Source: Epithemia pelagica
Taxonomy: Eukaryota > Protista > Bacillariophyta
NCBI GenBank assembly: GCA_946965045.2
Contig: OX337241.1
Location: 1,488,001 to 1,552,000, forward strand
Direction of reading: 5' to 3'
DNA length: 64,000 bases
Shown: positions 33,751 to 44,767 of the stretch, piece by piece
Numbering within the stretch: the first letter of the stretch is position 1
How the letters are laid out: each line of letters starts with the position of its first letter
Made by a program: the position numbers and the translations under genes
Notes under the pieces: model-generated
Told to the model about the DNA's origin: nothing
Database searches by the model: none
What the model saw: the letters and a program-made list of their open reading frames with translations, nothing else

Positions 33751-33905
33751 AGCTAATGTATGTGACCTTAAGTAATTTGATGTGAAAGATCTATTTTCAT
33801 GTTTTCTTCGACTTTCCCTTGAAATGTTGAGCTCGATATCGGTACTGTAGACTGAAGTACGAAATGGGAGAACAAAGGGATGTGGCTATAACGAAGGTAG
33901 GGATT

Positions 33906-35027
33906 CTAATCGTTAATTGTAACGTAGCGAAACCACCTACTGGGAGGATGATGGGTCGCTCTGGAGGGCTGGTCGTATGTTGATTCATTTTGGTTTCGGG
34001 CATGCCTTGTTCTGGATGGGGCATTAGAGGCGACCTTCCGGGGAAGTTTCACCAGTCTATTTCTACAGCATCCCCACAACCAGAAAAACCCACAACCCAT
34101 GCTACTACCACTATCGGTCTCTGCGTCCACAGTTTCGATGGCGGCTGCCACAGCGGATCGAGAAATATCTTGGTATCCAAGGAGTGACTGCTCCTGTTCC
34201 AAGATATAAACATTTTCCAACTGCGTGGTTTGATAATACCAATGATGATCCATCCAGAAAAAGGTTTCCATTAGTTCCTGGCTACCACCTCCACTCGAAG
34301 CCTCGTAAGTTGTTGAGTCTTCGTCGCCCGTTGACCATCCGGAAGAGCCTGTGGACGATGAGGATGACGAGTAGAACAGTTCCGTAGACTGATTTGCACT
34401 CACTGGTGAGACCGGTTCCACTATTTTGACACCCAATAAGACAGGATCCACCACCGTCTCATGTTCCTCGGTGGGAGGGGAAGATGCTTCCATATAGGCA
34501 GAAGATGAGACACGTGATTGCTCATGGAAACAAAGTTGTGCATAGGGGCCGGACTCGTGGTGCAAAATGACTTCACTCGGTGGTCTGCAATTGCTCTCAA
34601 CCGAGTTATAGGTCATTTCACCATCGTCCAACAATATGGTTCCTTTGCAATGTCTCAAGGACAGTGCAGTTTCAAGCATGGGTGTGACAGTACTCAGCTT
34701 CAACGAGACCATGGACAATCGAGATCCCGCGTTTGGGTTTTCGTTGTTGCAACTGCGTTGTGCTGCTGACCCCATCGATTCTCCATCAGAATTTTGGGGA
34801 CTACTACTGGAAGTGCTCATGGTCCGTGCCCCATCGTGGTGGTGCATATCGCCGTCGTTGGACGTCACTGTGCTCCAACTCCTCATTCTCGAAAACGAAG
34901 CATCCGATAGACTTTTAGAAGAAATGACAGTCGATCTCCATGAATCACTTCGTTGATCTTGTTCCTCCTGGCTGTTGGAACATCGAGATAAGGGTGAGTG
35001 GAATACCATCGAGATGGAACCGGCCAT
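33906..35027 (-). CDS. Hypothetical Ser-rich, largely disordered protein
   Basis: Open ORF of about 373 aa from the first ATG. No family motif recognised. Confidence 0.55.
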   Translation of the reverse strand: MAGSISMVFHSPLSRCSNSQEEQDQRSDSWRSTVISSKSLSDASFSRMRSWSTVTSNDGDMHHHDGARTMSTSSSSPQNSDGESMGSAAQRSCNNENPNAGSRLSMVSLKLSTVTPMLETALSLRHCKGTILLDDGEMTYNSVESNCRPPSEVILHHESGPYAQLCFHEQSRVSSSAYMEASSPPTEEHETVVDPVLLGVKIVEPVSPVSANQSTELFYSSSSSSTGSSGWSTGDEDSTTYEASSGGGSQELMETFFWMDHHWYYQTTQLENVYILEQEQSLLGYQDISRSAVAAAIETVDAETDSGSSMGCGFFWLWGCCRNRLVKLPRKVASNAPSRTRHARNQNESTYDQPSRATHHPPSRWFRYVTIND

Positions 35028-35582
35028 TGTACATATGCTCTTGGAAAACACAAAGTTATGCAAAACATAACTCTAAGGATCCTTCGCAAAACGGGAACTG
35101 CTGGCGAGGCACGTATCGTGGAGGATCGGAATGACTTCGTTCCGTTTTTCGCACCAATATTGTAACCGTGACTATACACCACCACGAAGCGCAGGGGCGA
35201 GATAAAAGGTGCGAAGCAGTCTGTATACACGGTCCGTCGGCGAAAATATTTAATTTTCATTCCTGGCCTTTACCTTTCCTTGGTTCTCTTCGAAATAATG
35301 TTACCCAAACACCCGTGGTCAAATCAGCTGCGGCACTTCCACGGGTACGAGATTTTGCCAGCTCGCACCAGCATCATCTGCACCATAACCGCTACTGTTG
35401 CGTAACGGAACACACCAAAAACCACTCACTCGTATCAAAGTTCGCCCGAAGAGATTCCTAATTTACTTCATTTACTTGGCCCCGAGGAATTTGCGGAGTC
35501 GAACCCACGACAAGGACCCGAGACGAAATGAAATGAATGGCAATCGTTGGTTCTACTCAACTACATCGTCCTTTCCAGGGAT

Positions 35583-38500
35583 TCAGTCGCCATGGTTGGA
35601 ATAACAGTCATGATATCCCACTGCATTGGACGGTACGTGTAAGCAATAATGTTTGTGTTCAGTGGCCATGTACAAGCGGGAAAATCGATTCAACCCAGAA
35701 AAGTTCTGACAGAGGTTGAGAATGGCATTCGTTTCGTCCACTTGACCACGTTGACCTTTCCGTGACTTGGAGGACGAATGGTCCAAAATCTCGTCCACTT
35801 TGACCCAAAACTGGTTGGCCAAGGCTGCCAATTCGTCCTTTTTGCTGTCGTTGGAAGACAGACAACTAACCCCCGCATGGGGGAAATCACCGGTAAACAT
35901 ACACCCATGTTTTACTTTGAGTACCACAATGTGTTTGGTTTCACGAGCAATCTCAAACGTTTCGGTCGGATCACCACAGCGCACGTGACAAAAGGCACGA
36001 TCGTCCTTTGTGGAAGGAGATGCGGTGGCATTACAACGAACAATTTGATCCTTTTGGACGCCAATCATTACAAACGGAGAGTCTTCCTCCTCCTCCTCCT
36101 CCTCCTCCTCCTCCTCCTCATCATCATCATCATCATGATCATCATGCGTGTCGGTGGTGGTGGCGGTGCCGTCGTTTCGAGTATTTGTCGTTGTTTTATA
36201 AGATCCCGTCATGGGAAGCAACAGAGCCATGGGAGCATGTTGAGACATCATGGCACGGTTGTATTCCAATCGATTGACTTCCCATCCAACCGTTTCACTC
36301 TCATCGGACGACACGTCGTCATCCTTGTCGTTAAACTTGTGTTTTTTGGTTTGCACAAGAACTTGATCCATATCCCAAGAATCGTCCGAGTCAATGTCCT
36401 CCGAGTCTGTTGGCTCCTCCCAAACATTTGTGTTGTCATCGTCCGAATCGACATGCTTTTGGTAATGGGTAACTCTCTTGTTGTTGTTGTTGCTGCTGCG
36501 TCCCCTGTTCCTCCGGGGGAACCTTTTATTTTCCGGACACGGTGACGGTTGCTTTTTGCGACGGCGAGATGATTGGGATGGAGCTTCTTGTTCCTGTCGT
36601 GGTCGTCTGGGTCGCCACGTGACCCAGTCGCGTGGAATATCGTGATGCAAACTTTGGTCATGCGTTCCTCCGATCAAAAGGGACAATTCCTCCAATCGTT
36701 CGTATCGGGCATCCAAGACACCCGCATCATGGAGAATGGTTTCCACCCGACTCCGTGTGCTTGCCGTGGAAGAACCCTCCTCCAAGGGACTTGTCGTCGT
36801 CGTCGTGCCACCATTCCAAGACGAAGAAGAAGAACGAGTACCGTACCCCGCCAGCACATGACTTTGAATGGGAATTTGCCATCGTCGATCGGCACCACAA
36901 AATGGCGACGAGTCGTCCTTGGAACTACCAAAGTCAATGTAACTATTGCGAATGGTTCGTGTGGCATCCCGACTTGCCCGTGGATGCAAGGCACCCTGTG
37001 AAGTAAAAAAGAGGCTTTGCAATTGGGCTACTTGATCACGGGTCAATCGGGAGGGACCAAAACGGGGACGGGATTCTACCAAATCAAACGGACGAGCAAA
37101 GGTGTGATTGACACGATGCCACAAGACTGTTTCTTTCAAAAACTCGTCCTCGGTCATACCCGTCGCTTCTTGTGTCAGGACCGTTGCTTGTGGTCGAGTT
37201 AGACGAGAAGGAGGAGGAACGGCAAGTGTGGGAGCGGGACGGAACCGTCCCGCCCGAATGGGTCGTTTTCGTTTGGTTTTGCTGCTGGTCGGTTGTCCTT
37301 CTTTGGACTCTTGCTGTTGCTGCTGCTGATGTCGTCGCCGCTGTTGTTCTTGTTGCTGATCTTTTCGTTTCAATTGAAAACGTCGTTTTTTTATTTCTTC
37401 CAGTTCCAAGGCACGTTCGTTACTATAACTTTTTCTCGTGACACTGGGATCCGTCCAAATGCCCGTCATGGTGGTGGTGGTTTTTCGTGTGGTCGTACTG
37501 CTGGATTGTCGTGGAAGTGGAATGTCTTGTAAATATACAAGGTTTTCGACAGAAACCAACGTGTCCTTGTCCAAGGCCACTTTTCCTGCTCCGCCGCCTC
37601 CTCCCTTGGGTCTTCCGCGTCGTCGCGGTCCTGGGTGTTTTCCAGATGGCTTGTACCGTTTGCAGGTTGTCAAGAGGAGTTGTTGTAACTCTCGATACTG
37701 TACCAAGTCGTCCATGGGTGCTGTCTGGGTCAAATACGTCGTGGCTTGATGCAAAAGTTGCAAGGTGCGAAGCAAGGTTTGTACAAAGACTGTCGACACG
37801 GTTGACGATGATGGTGATGATGATGACGACGATGAATTTGGTGCTGGTTGTGTCTGTGTGGTCGCCATGGGTGTCTCGTCCGACAAGAAAAGGTCAGCCA
37901 AGGAAAACTCGAGTGGTTGAATGCAACGCAAGACGGCACGACCGTTCGTGCCGGTTGTGGGGGTGGTTGTCGGAGACGTTGCACTTGTGGTTGCTTCTCC
38001 TGCAGGGTCTGCTACTGGCGTTGTTGGTTCCTGTTGTTGAGTGACGACCAAGGTGAGGGGCAAGACCAGTCTCCGTATCTTGGCCAAATCTTGCAAGGGA
38101 ATTCTACCCTGACGACATTGCCACCACAAGAGTTCTTCGGTGGCTCCATAACAGTGGGTGAGACGATCCGTTTGCAAGCATGGTTCCTCTGTTGGGAAAG
38201 TAGATTCAGTAGCACTAGTGGCAACAGTAGCAGTAGTAGCATCCATTGCTGTAGAGTGTGGTCCTTGTTGCATCGAAGAAGCCTTGTCCTTGTTGTCGTC
38301 GTCGTTCTCCGACAGCAAAGGATCCCCCCGTTTGGTGCTGCAAGTCTCCGCAGTATTGTTATTGGGTGGATGCCCATGACCACAACAGTGTTGAAAAAAG
38401 AGTTGGGTTGCCGTTTGAATTTCGGTGGGAGCATCCACGGGTTGTTGCAGGAATTCCTCCAACACATGGGACTGGGACACGTACGTGGCCAAATGACGAC

Positions 38501-39167
38501 GAATCCACAAGTCTTGTCGTGCCGTGGGACCATGCCGCCACAAGAACCAAAAGTCTTCCTCGTCCACACCCACGTCGTCGTTTTCGTCGTTGTCATCGTC
38601 ATGGTTGTTGTTATGGTTGCGTGGTTGAATGGTCAAGTGTACGACCGCGCCCGATCCTGCTGGCATGGAGCAGCGGTCGTCCGACCCTTGTTGCGACCCA
38701 GAGGTTCCGGTAATCACGTCCAAGACTGTGATGGTAGTGAGTTCGACCACCGATGCCGTAGAATTTCCAGTGCTATTGCTGCTGCTGCTACTATTGGTAG
38801 GACCACAAGAAATGCCGTGCAAGGCCTGTAACAAGGGTTGCAAGGAAACAGACCAGGTCACGTGTTGTGCCAAGGACGATCCATCCTGATCCTTGTCGTG
38901 GTGGGGTTCTTGAATTGCCACAATGGGTCCATGGGGTGTGGGAGAAGAAGAACCATGATCCGGAGTAATATATTGGATATACTCGGGGCTGCGCCATTGG
39001 ACATGAAAATAAAAACAGGAATCGTCGGTGGGACCTTGTGCTGCTGCTGCTGCTGACGACGACAAGAATCGTTTGTGTTCGTCCCACGAGCCTGCCAAAT
39101 GCCGTCGTCGTCTTGGACGACGTCGATGACGACGTTGTTGTTGTTGTTCCAAGGAGGAGGGTGCCAT
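35583..39167 (-). CDS. Large low-complexity protein, possibly with a split 2OG-Fe(II)/cupin-like C-terminal domain
   Basis: 3.6-kb ORF with Q/T/S/D/E runs. QSLHHD and FTGDFPHAG resemble the HxD...H facial triad. Confidence 0.65.
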   Translation of the reverse strand: MAPSSLEQQQQRRHRRRPRRRRHLAGSWDEHKRFLSSSAAAAAQGPTDDSCFYFHVQWRSPEYIQYITPDHGSSSPTPHGPIVAIQEPHHDKDQDGSSLAQHVTWSVSLQPLLQALHGISCGPTNSSSSSNSTGNSTASVVELTTITVLDVITGTSGSQQGSDDRCSMPAGSGAVVHLTIQPRNHNNNHDDDNDENDDVGVDEEDFWFLWRHGPTARQDLWIRRHLATYVSQSHVLEEFLQQPVDAPTEIQTATQLFFQHCCGHGHPPNNNTAETCSTKRGDPLLSENDDDNKDKASSMQQGPHSTAMDATTATVATSATESTFPTEEPCLQTDRLTHCYGATEELLWWQCRQGRIPLQDLAKIRRLVLPLTLVVTQQQEPTTPVADPAGEATTSATSPTTTPTTGTNGRAVLRCIQPLEFSLADLFLSDETPMATTQTQPAPNSSSSSSSPSSSTVSTVFVQTLLRTLQLLHQATTYLTQTAPMDDLVQYRELQQLLLTTCKRYKPSGKHPGPRRRGRPKGGGGGAGKVALDKDTLVSVENLVYLQDIPLPRQSSSTTTRKTTTTMTGIWTDPSVTRKSYSNERALELEEIKKRRFQLKRKDQQQEQQRRRHQQQQQQESKEGQPTSSKTKRKRPIRAGRFRPAPTLAVPPPSRLTRPQATVLTQEATGMTEDEFLKETVLWHRVNHTFARPFDLVESRPRFGPSRLTRDQVAQLQSLFFTSQGALHPRASRDATRTIRNSYIDFGSSKDDSSPFCGADRRWQIPIQSHVLAGYGTRSSSSSWNGGTTTTTSPLEEGSSTASTRSRVETILHDAGVLDARYERLEELSLLIGGTHDQSLHHDIPRDWVTWRPRRPRQEQEAPSQSSRRRKKQPSPCPENKRFPRRNRGRSSNNNNKRVTHYQKHVDSDDDNTNVWEEPTDSEDIDSDDSWDMDQVLVQTKKHKFNDKDDDVSSDESETVGWEVNRLEYNRAMMSQHAPMALLLPMTGSYKTTTNTRNDGTATTTDTHDDHDDDDDEEEEEEEEEEEEDSPFVMIGVQKDQIVRCNATASPSTKDDRAFCHVRCGDPTETFEIARETKHIVVLKVKHGCMFTGDFPHAGVSCLSSNDSKKDELAALANQFWVKVDEILDHSSSKSRKGQRGQVDETNAILNLCQNFSGLNRFSRLYMATEHKHYCLHVPSNAVGYHDCYSNHGD

Positions 39168-39925
39168 GATTGTTCGTGTCGGAGGAGCGTGTGGAAGAAA
39201 CCGTCGAACAATCAAACGACAACCTCGCAACAATCACCGTTCTCGACTTGGATCGCGGTGTTCCAGAATGCAATCGTCTCAAACCCAAGCTCTTGAAGGA
39301 TCACACGCAATCTTCTTCAAGGTGTCTGGTGAAGTTTTGTTGTTCTCTCAATTCTCTCTACGGCGTTTGACGACGAACGACGAATCCACAAAACTTGCTG
39401 TGTGTTGCCCTGCGGTTGATAGTATCCCCCCAAAACATAGTATTATTTATGGGGTCCCCCCAAAATCGAGAGTCGACCGGTCGTAGAAGATGCAGAAGTC
39501 TCTCTGTAATACCCCCATTTTAAAAAGGGGCATACTGATTCCTAATGGGGGTGGTGAAGAAACTATGTTGTATATCCGGTATATTAATGATACTCTTTTT
39601 CTTAACGGATACTCGCTAGTTGCTTGGCAAAGACTGCTTCCGGGAAACAGAATCCAACACTATTTTCGTTCGACAATATCCAATCCGCAGACTGCATGCT
39701 TTGGAGGCAATGGACAGGATCTTCGTCCCCCCATCCACACACATATATGGATTCTACCATGCGCTGTGGTGTTTGGTACATTGGGGATGGATTCCACCCA
39801 TGGTACTATAATATAGAGATAAGAGTCGTCCATACACGCACAGTCTCTTTCGACTTTGGGGGCGACGCGGCGACTTGTGTGAGTGGATTGGTTTCGGTTG
39901 TTTAGTGGTGAAGAGGGTAGTCTTA

Positions 39926-40906
39926 TCATTTGGAATGTTTGGTGGTTGTTGTTGTTGTCGTTGTCGAATTTTCGGGACTCCACCATCCTTGTTGTTTGGC
40001 ATGCTCAAACATGGCTTGAATGTCCTGTCGTTCTTGCCGTGTGACATCGGGATGCCACACATCGACCAACAAGACGACGCGCTTGGAATTGGTTCGATTC
40101 CAAACATGATGAATATAGGAATCATCCAACAAAAGAGCTTTTCCAGGAATCCACACTCGTTCCAACGATCCCACACGAATGCCACAGGGGAACGACGATG
40201 CGGGGCTCGTGTCCTCCGGGTGGTGGTTGTTGTCGTCGCCACTGTCGTTTCCCATGGTTGGTACGTCGTCGTCGTCCTCCTCTTCTTCTGGGACGAGCAA
40301 TGGCAAATGAATGCGAATTCGAAAATTCATGGGCGCCGCATGAGCGGCAATGCGACTCTGTGGATAAAGTGTGGAGAAAAAGGCATAGCCAAAGGGAACA
40401 TGTTCAAACAAGACGTTCTTGTCTCGCAAGGTTTGCAAGACTTGGGTCGTTTCGGGAAAGGCTTGACCAAATGAGGAGGCGGCATTCTCATCATTGGACG
40501 TTGCTGCTGCTGCTGTGACCTGTCCCTTGGTCATGTAGGAATGCCAATCCCAGGTACCATCGTGTAAGGTATGGTGTTCGGTATCCACTTGATAATCGGA
40601 TGGGAGAGACGGTGCGCCTTGTTGATATTCCTTCCGAATGGTTTCCCACGATGCTTCCAAGTGTTGGACCACCCAGGTCAAGGTTGGATCTTGATAGGCC
40701 ACCTTGGTCCGCATCGTGGTTGGAGCAGTGCATGTACTGGAAGTAGTAGTACCTGTGGTCCTTGTCGTGGGTGAGACTGGTACTTGTTGCGTCCAAAAGG
40801 GCAAGGATCGCAAACCAGGAAGATACAACAAGGAAGGTCGTGGTCGATCGACACTGGTCCGCAACAAGGAGGGACCCTTGACAATGTCACTGCCAGTGGG
40901 TGGTGG

Positions 40907-40986
<80 letters not shown>

Positions 40987-41233
40987 GGGAGGTCGAAAAC
41001 AAAGAAGACGCGGTTCGGCCTTGCCAACCAGTAGTAGTAGCCAATCTACCCGATTCCGGTCGTAGTGATACGTCGTTTCGTTTGGTGGATATTCGAACTG
41101 TGGTGCTTCTTGCTGCCATTGTCCTAATGGTTCGTATTGGTGAGCAGCATGATATTTTCAGCGTCCTGGTCCAGCAGGGCGTGGTGGTACCGGTGAATTT
41201 TAGCATCCTTTTCATAGTAGTCTTCTGAATCAT
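39926..41233 (-). CDS. Aspartyl/asparaginyl beta-hydroxylase-domain protein (2OG-Fe(II)), possible mitochondrial presequence
   Basis: FSTLYPQSRIAAH..MNFRIRIHLPL, CGIRVG, GKALLLDDSYIHHVWN, RVVLLVDVWHPD. N-terminus is R/T/S-rich and lacks acidic residues. Confidence 0.9.
40908..40985. repeat. (GAT)26 microsatellite encoding poly-Ser on the minus strand
   Basis: Perfect trinucleotide run. Confidence 0.97.
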
Positions 41234-41542
41234 TCTTGTGGATGGCCAGTGGGTATGAGTGCGGACAACAAAGAGTACGAGAGATTGTCGACTACCGACG
41301 AGATCGAAATAATGTTGCGCATGCCATCAAAGATCTTTGACAAAGATTTTCTTAACGCCCCTCTTTTATCCGAATCATGCCCCCGCTGCACTTTTTCGCA
41401 CAACACTCCCTGCAATCCTTTGGGGGTGGAGAAAATCTTTCCCATTTCGCGCTACCCCAACCAGCAACCAGTGGAGACTATGAGTCACGCGTGATTGAAT
41501 GCACGAAGAGCATAACTCACCAATCCTAATGACTTTTTGTTA

Positions 41543-41696
41543 CCCCCGCTGGGGTGTAATGTTGCGCAAATAGATTGGGTAACCTTACCAACTCCCAAGC
41601 ATGGTGGACCCGGTCAGTCGCATTTTTAGGTGCCTTCCCTTATTCATGTGCAACGTAGTTGCACGACTCATCTGCGGCCTCACCCCTGCTTGGGGG
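41543..41696. mobile_element. Small TA-flanked MITE-like element (family shared with 61898-61998)
   Basis: TA|CCCCCGCTGGGGTG ... CACCCCTGCTTGGGGG|TA. Internal CCCAAGCAtGGtgGACCCGGTCAGTCGCA matches the reverse complement of 61968-61996 at 26/29. Confidence 0.55.
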
Positions 41697-42012
41697 TATA
41701 ACCTCACCTTTTTTTCCCATTTTGAACTTTGATGTTGGGAATGTAATTGTGGTCGTCGAGATTGTCGCACACGCATTGGGTTTCATCTAAGAGAGAGAGA
41801 GAGAGAGAAAGAAAGACTACAACTCCTAGAGAGTAGAGATTTCGAGTGTGTCTTGCTCGATCATCATCCTCATCCTTTCTTTGCACTTTCAGCGGGAGAC
41901 GACACGGCTCCAGAGAAACGGTTCACAGTTGCCAAAACTACGTAGGGCCAAAACGCTACGATCCCTCCACAACCAACGACAAGAACGAGAATAAGAACAA
42001 GAACGACCCACA

Positions 42013-44455
42013 ATGGTTACCGACAATCACCGAGTGGCACCACCTTCCTTGCATTCCTCCACGACCAATACTCCAAGTAATAATAGTCTTGCGCAGAACG
42101 ATCCATTGCAAGTGCCAACCACCACCCTACGTCCGAGTCCCAAGAACCGTAGTGGTCGTCGGATTGGTTCTCTGTGGAAGTGGTTGGTCGTGATCACTGT
42201 ATTGGGTGTTGTCATTCCTTTGGTAGCTCCTTCCATTTGGTCACTGTCCTCCTTTCCATCTTCTTCTTCGTTGTTGTTGTTCCAAACATCTACCATTGAT
42301 TTTGCAAGCGCGACGAATCCCTTGGATTGGATGGTGGAATCCCTCATGAAGAATCAGAAAGACGGTGCAACATTTCATCCACAACTGTGGTCCATTCCCA
42401 ATCTTACACAAGTGCTCGTGGCACTGACAAGGACAAGCAACAGTCCTATTAGTACTAGTAGCACTTGGAACCATTTCACAACCACAAATCATTCCTCGAC
42501 CAAGGAGGAAGGGGAGGATAGCGCTTCTTCTCATTCTAACAACAACATGAATGATACGCCTCGTTCTGACGACTTGCCACGCATAACCGTCATTCCCAAA
42601 CCCAAGCATTGGCACCAATCACCAGGAACCCCCTTGGCCATTTCCGCCACCACCAACATTTACATTTCTCATGACAGTCTTGAACCCGAAGCCACATTGT
42701 TGGCTCAAACGATGCGTGCCTCGACTGGATTTGACTTGCCCATTCATGTTATTTCATCTGCGGATCCGCAGGGTTGTCCCCAGGGAGGAAACATTTGCTT
42801 GTTGTTGGTCCCCAGTCCAGGGCGTACCTTTTTGTCGGCCCTTACCCCTAATACCCAAGAAGCTCATGTGGTACATGTGGGACGGCATGGAGTAATTGTA
42901 GCCTCCTTTACTCGCAAGGGTCTCTTTTATGGAACCCAAACGGTGTTGCAACTCTTGCCACCAGCCATTTTTCAATCATCCTCTTCTACTACTTCTACCA
43001 CGAATTGGACACTTCCCTTGGTACAAATCCACGATGCGCCGCGTTTTGGCTGGCGTGGCTTACATTTGGATGTTTCACGACATTTCATGCCCAAACTCTT
43101 TGTCTTGAAATTGTTGCGGGTCATGGGATTGCACAAACTCAATTCCTTACATTTGCATTTGACGGATGATCAAGGATGGCGGTTGGAGATAGCGGCCTTG
43201 CCCCTCTTGACCAATATCAGCGCCTGGCGTGCACAAACTATTATTGGAAAGGACAAACCTCGTCGATACGATGGCAAACGGTATGGAGGATTTTATACAA
43301 AAGACGATATTCGAGAAATGGTGCGAGTAGCATCGCAGTATCATATTACCATTGTTCCAGAAATTGAAATGCCAGGTCATACACAAGCCGTCGTGGCAGC
43401 CTATCCACACGTGGGATGTCGTCCAGACAAAACCTGTAAGGTCAAGGAGGAATGGGGCGTGAGTAAGCATATCTATTGTGCCGGCAGTGACAAGACGTTT
43501 GACTTTTTGGAAACCATTTTGACAGAAGTCATGGAATTGTTTCCCAGTGAATACATTCATGTGGGTGGTGATGAAGTGGACAAGATTCATTGGGAAACAT
43601 GTGAGTTGTGTCAAGCACGCATGAAAGAGGAAAAGTTGAATTCGGTGGAGCAATTGCAAACCTACTTTATTCGACGAATTGAAACCTTTTTGAATAAACA
43701 TGGGCGCAAAATGATTGGATGGGATGAAATTTTAACGGCAGGCTTGTCGCAACAGGCTACGGTAAGTCGATCGGCTACAACTAAACGGATGTGACGCAAT
43801 CCTGTAATTTTTGGCTGTGCCTCAACCGTTGTTTGTTCCTGCTTTTGCTCTACTGGGATTGTCATTTTTCTTATTTGCATTACTGGGATTGTCATTTTTC
43901 TTATTTGCATTGTTCGTTCTATAGATTATGTCATGGCGCGGCGTAGGTCCTGGAATGCGAGCGGCTCGACGAGGCAACCAAGCCATTCTGGCGCCAGTCG
44001 AAAACACCTACTTTGACTGGTATCAATCCAAGAACACGTCGGCCGAACCCTTGGCGTGGGGTGGCTTTACACCGCTGGATAAGGTCTATGACTTTGATCC
44101 CCTCGTCGCGCCACTTCCCGCCGATAAGACACACTTTGTCTTGGGAGGGCAAGCCCAATTGTGGACCGAATACATGCCCAATCCACAACAAGTCGAGTAC
44201 ATGGCCTTTCCTCGGGCGGCCGCCTTGGCTGAAGCCGTGTGGAAACCAAAGACACCATCACTGCATCGACGACAAGAAAAACAACAGCGACAACGACAGC
44301 GACGAAATGATGAAAGACCATCTCGGGAGAACGAGGAATATGAAGATTTTTACCATCGTCTCATGGATGGACATTTGCCACGACTCGATGCCTTGAAGGT
44401 CAACTATCGAAGACCAACGCACATGTACGAACCCGACACAGATTTTGAAAACTGA
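42013..44455 (+). CDS. Beta-N-acetylhexosaminidase, GH20 (exons 42013-43761, 43925-44455), N-terminal membrane anchor
   Basis: PRFGWRGLHLDVSRHF, HLHLTDDQGWR, VPEIEMPGH, catalytic HVGGDEV, GWDEI, QAQLWTEY, MAFPR. Intron GTAAGT...ATAG. Confidence 0.95.
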
Positions 44456-44767
44456 TGGAAGGGAAACGATTTCCTGATGGCTGCCTAGCAAATAGCACGC
44501 ATGGAGATAGTTTTTTCAGAAGGGGAATGAAACAAACATACCATGTGATTTACCTATGTTGCTTTCTGCCTTTGGTGACCTACAATACAACAAACGTGTA
44601 TAGGTTAAACAACATGTACTCAAATGGACCAAAGTCCTTAAACAAAGACTACAAACTCTCATACCATGGTCAAGATGGACGAAAATGCTCAGTGTATATC
44701 CCAACTCTCGTAGAGTGCGCGCCACTTCTCGTTTCTTCTTCCAGGGGTAGTCGTACGGGCGTACTGT

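Noticed and set aside
39754-40242. 162-aa ORF with a hydrophobic stretch
   Set aside because: Overlaps the catalytic end of the hydroxylase gene on the same strand in another frame; treated as a shadow.
40704-41228. Plus-strand poly-Asp ORF
   Set aside because: Antisense reading of the (GAT)26 run in the hydroxylase gene.
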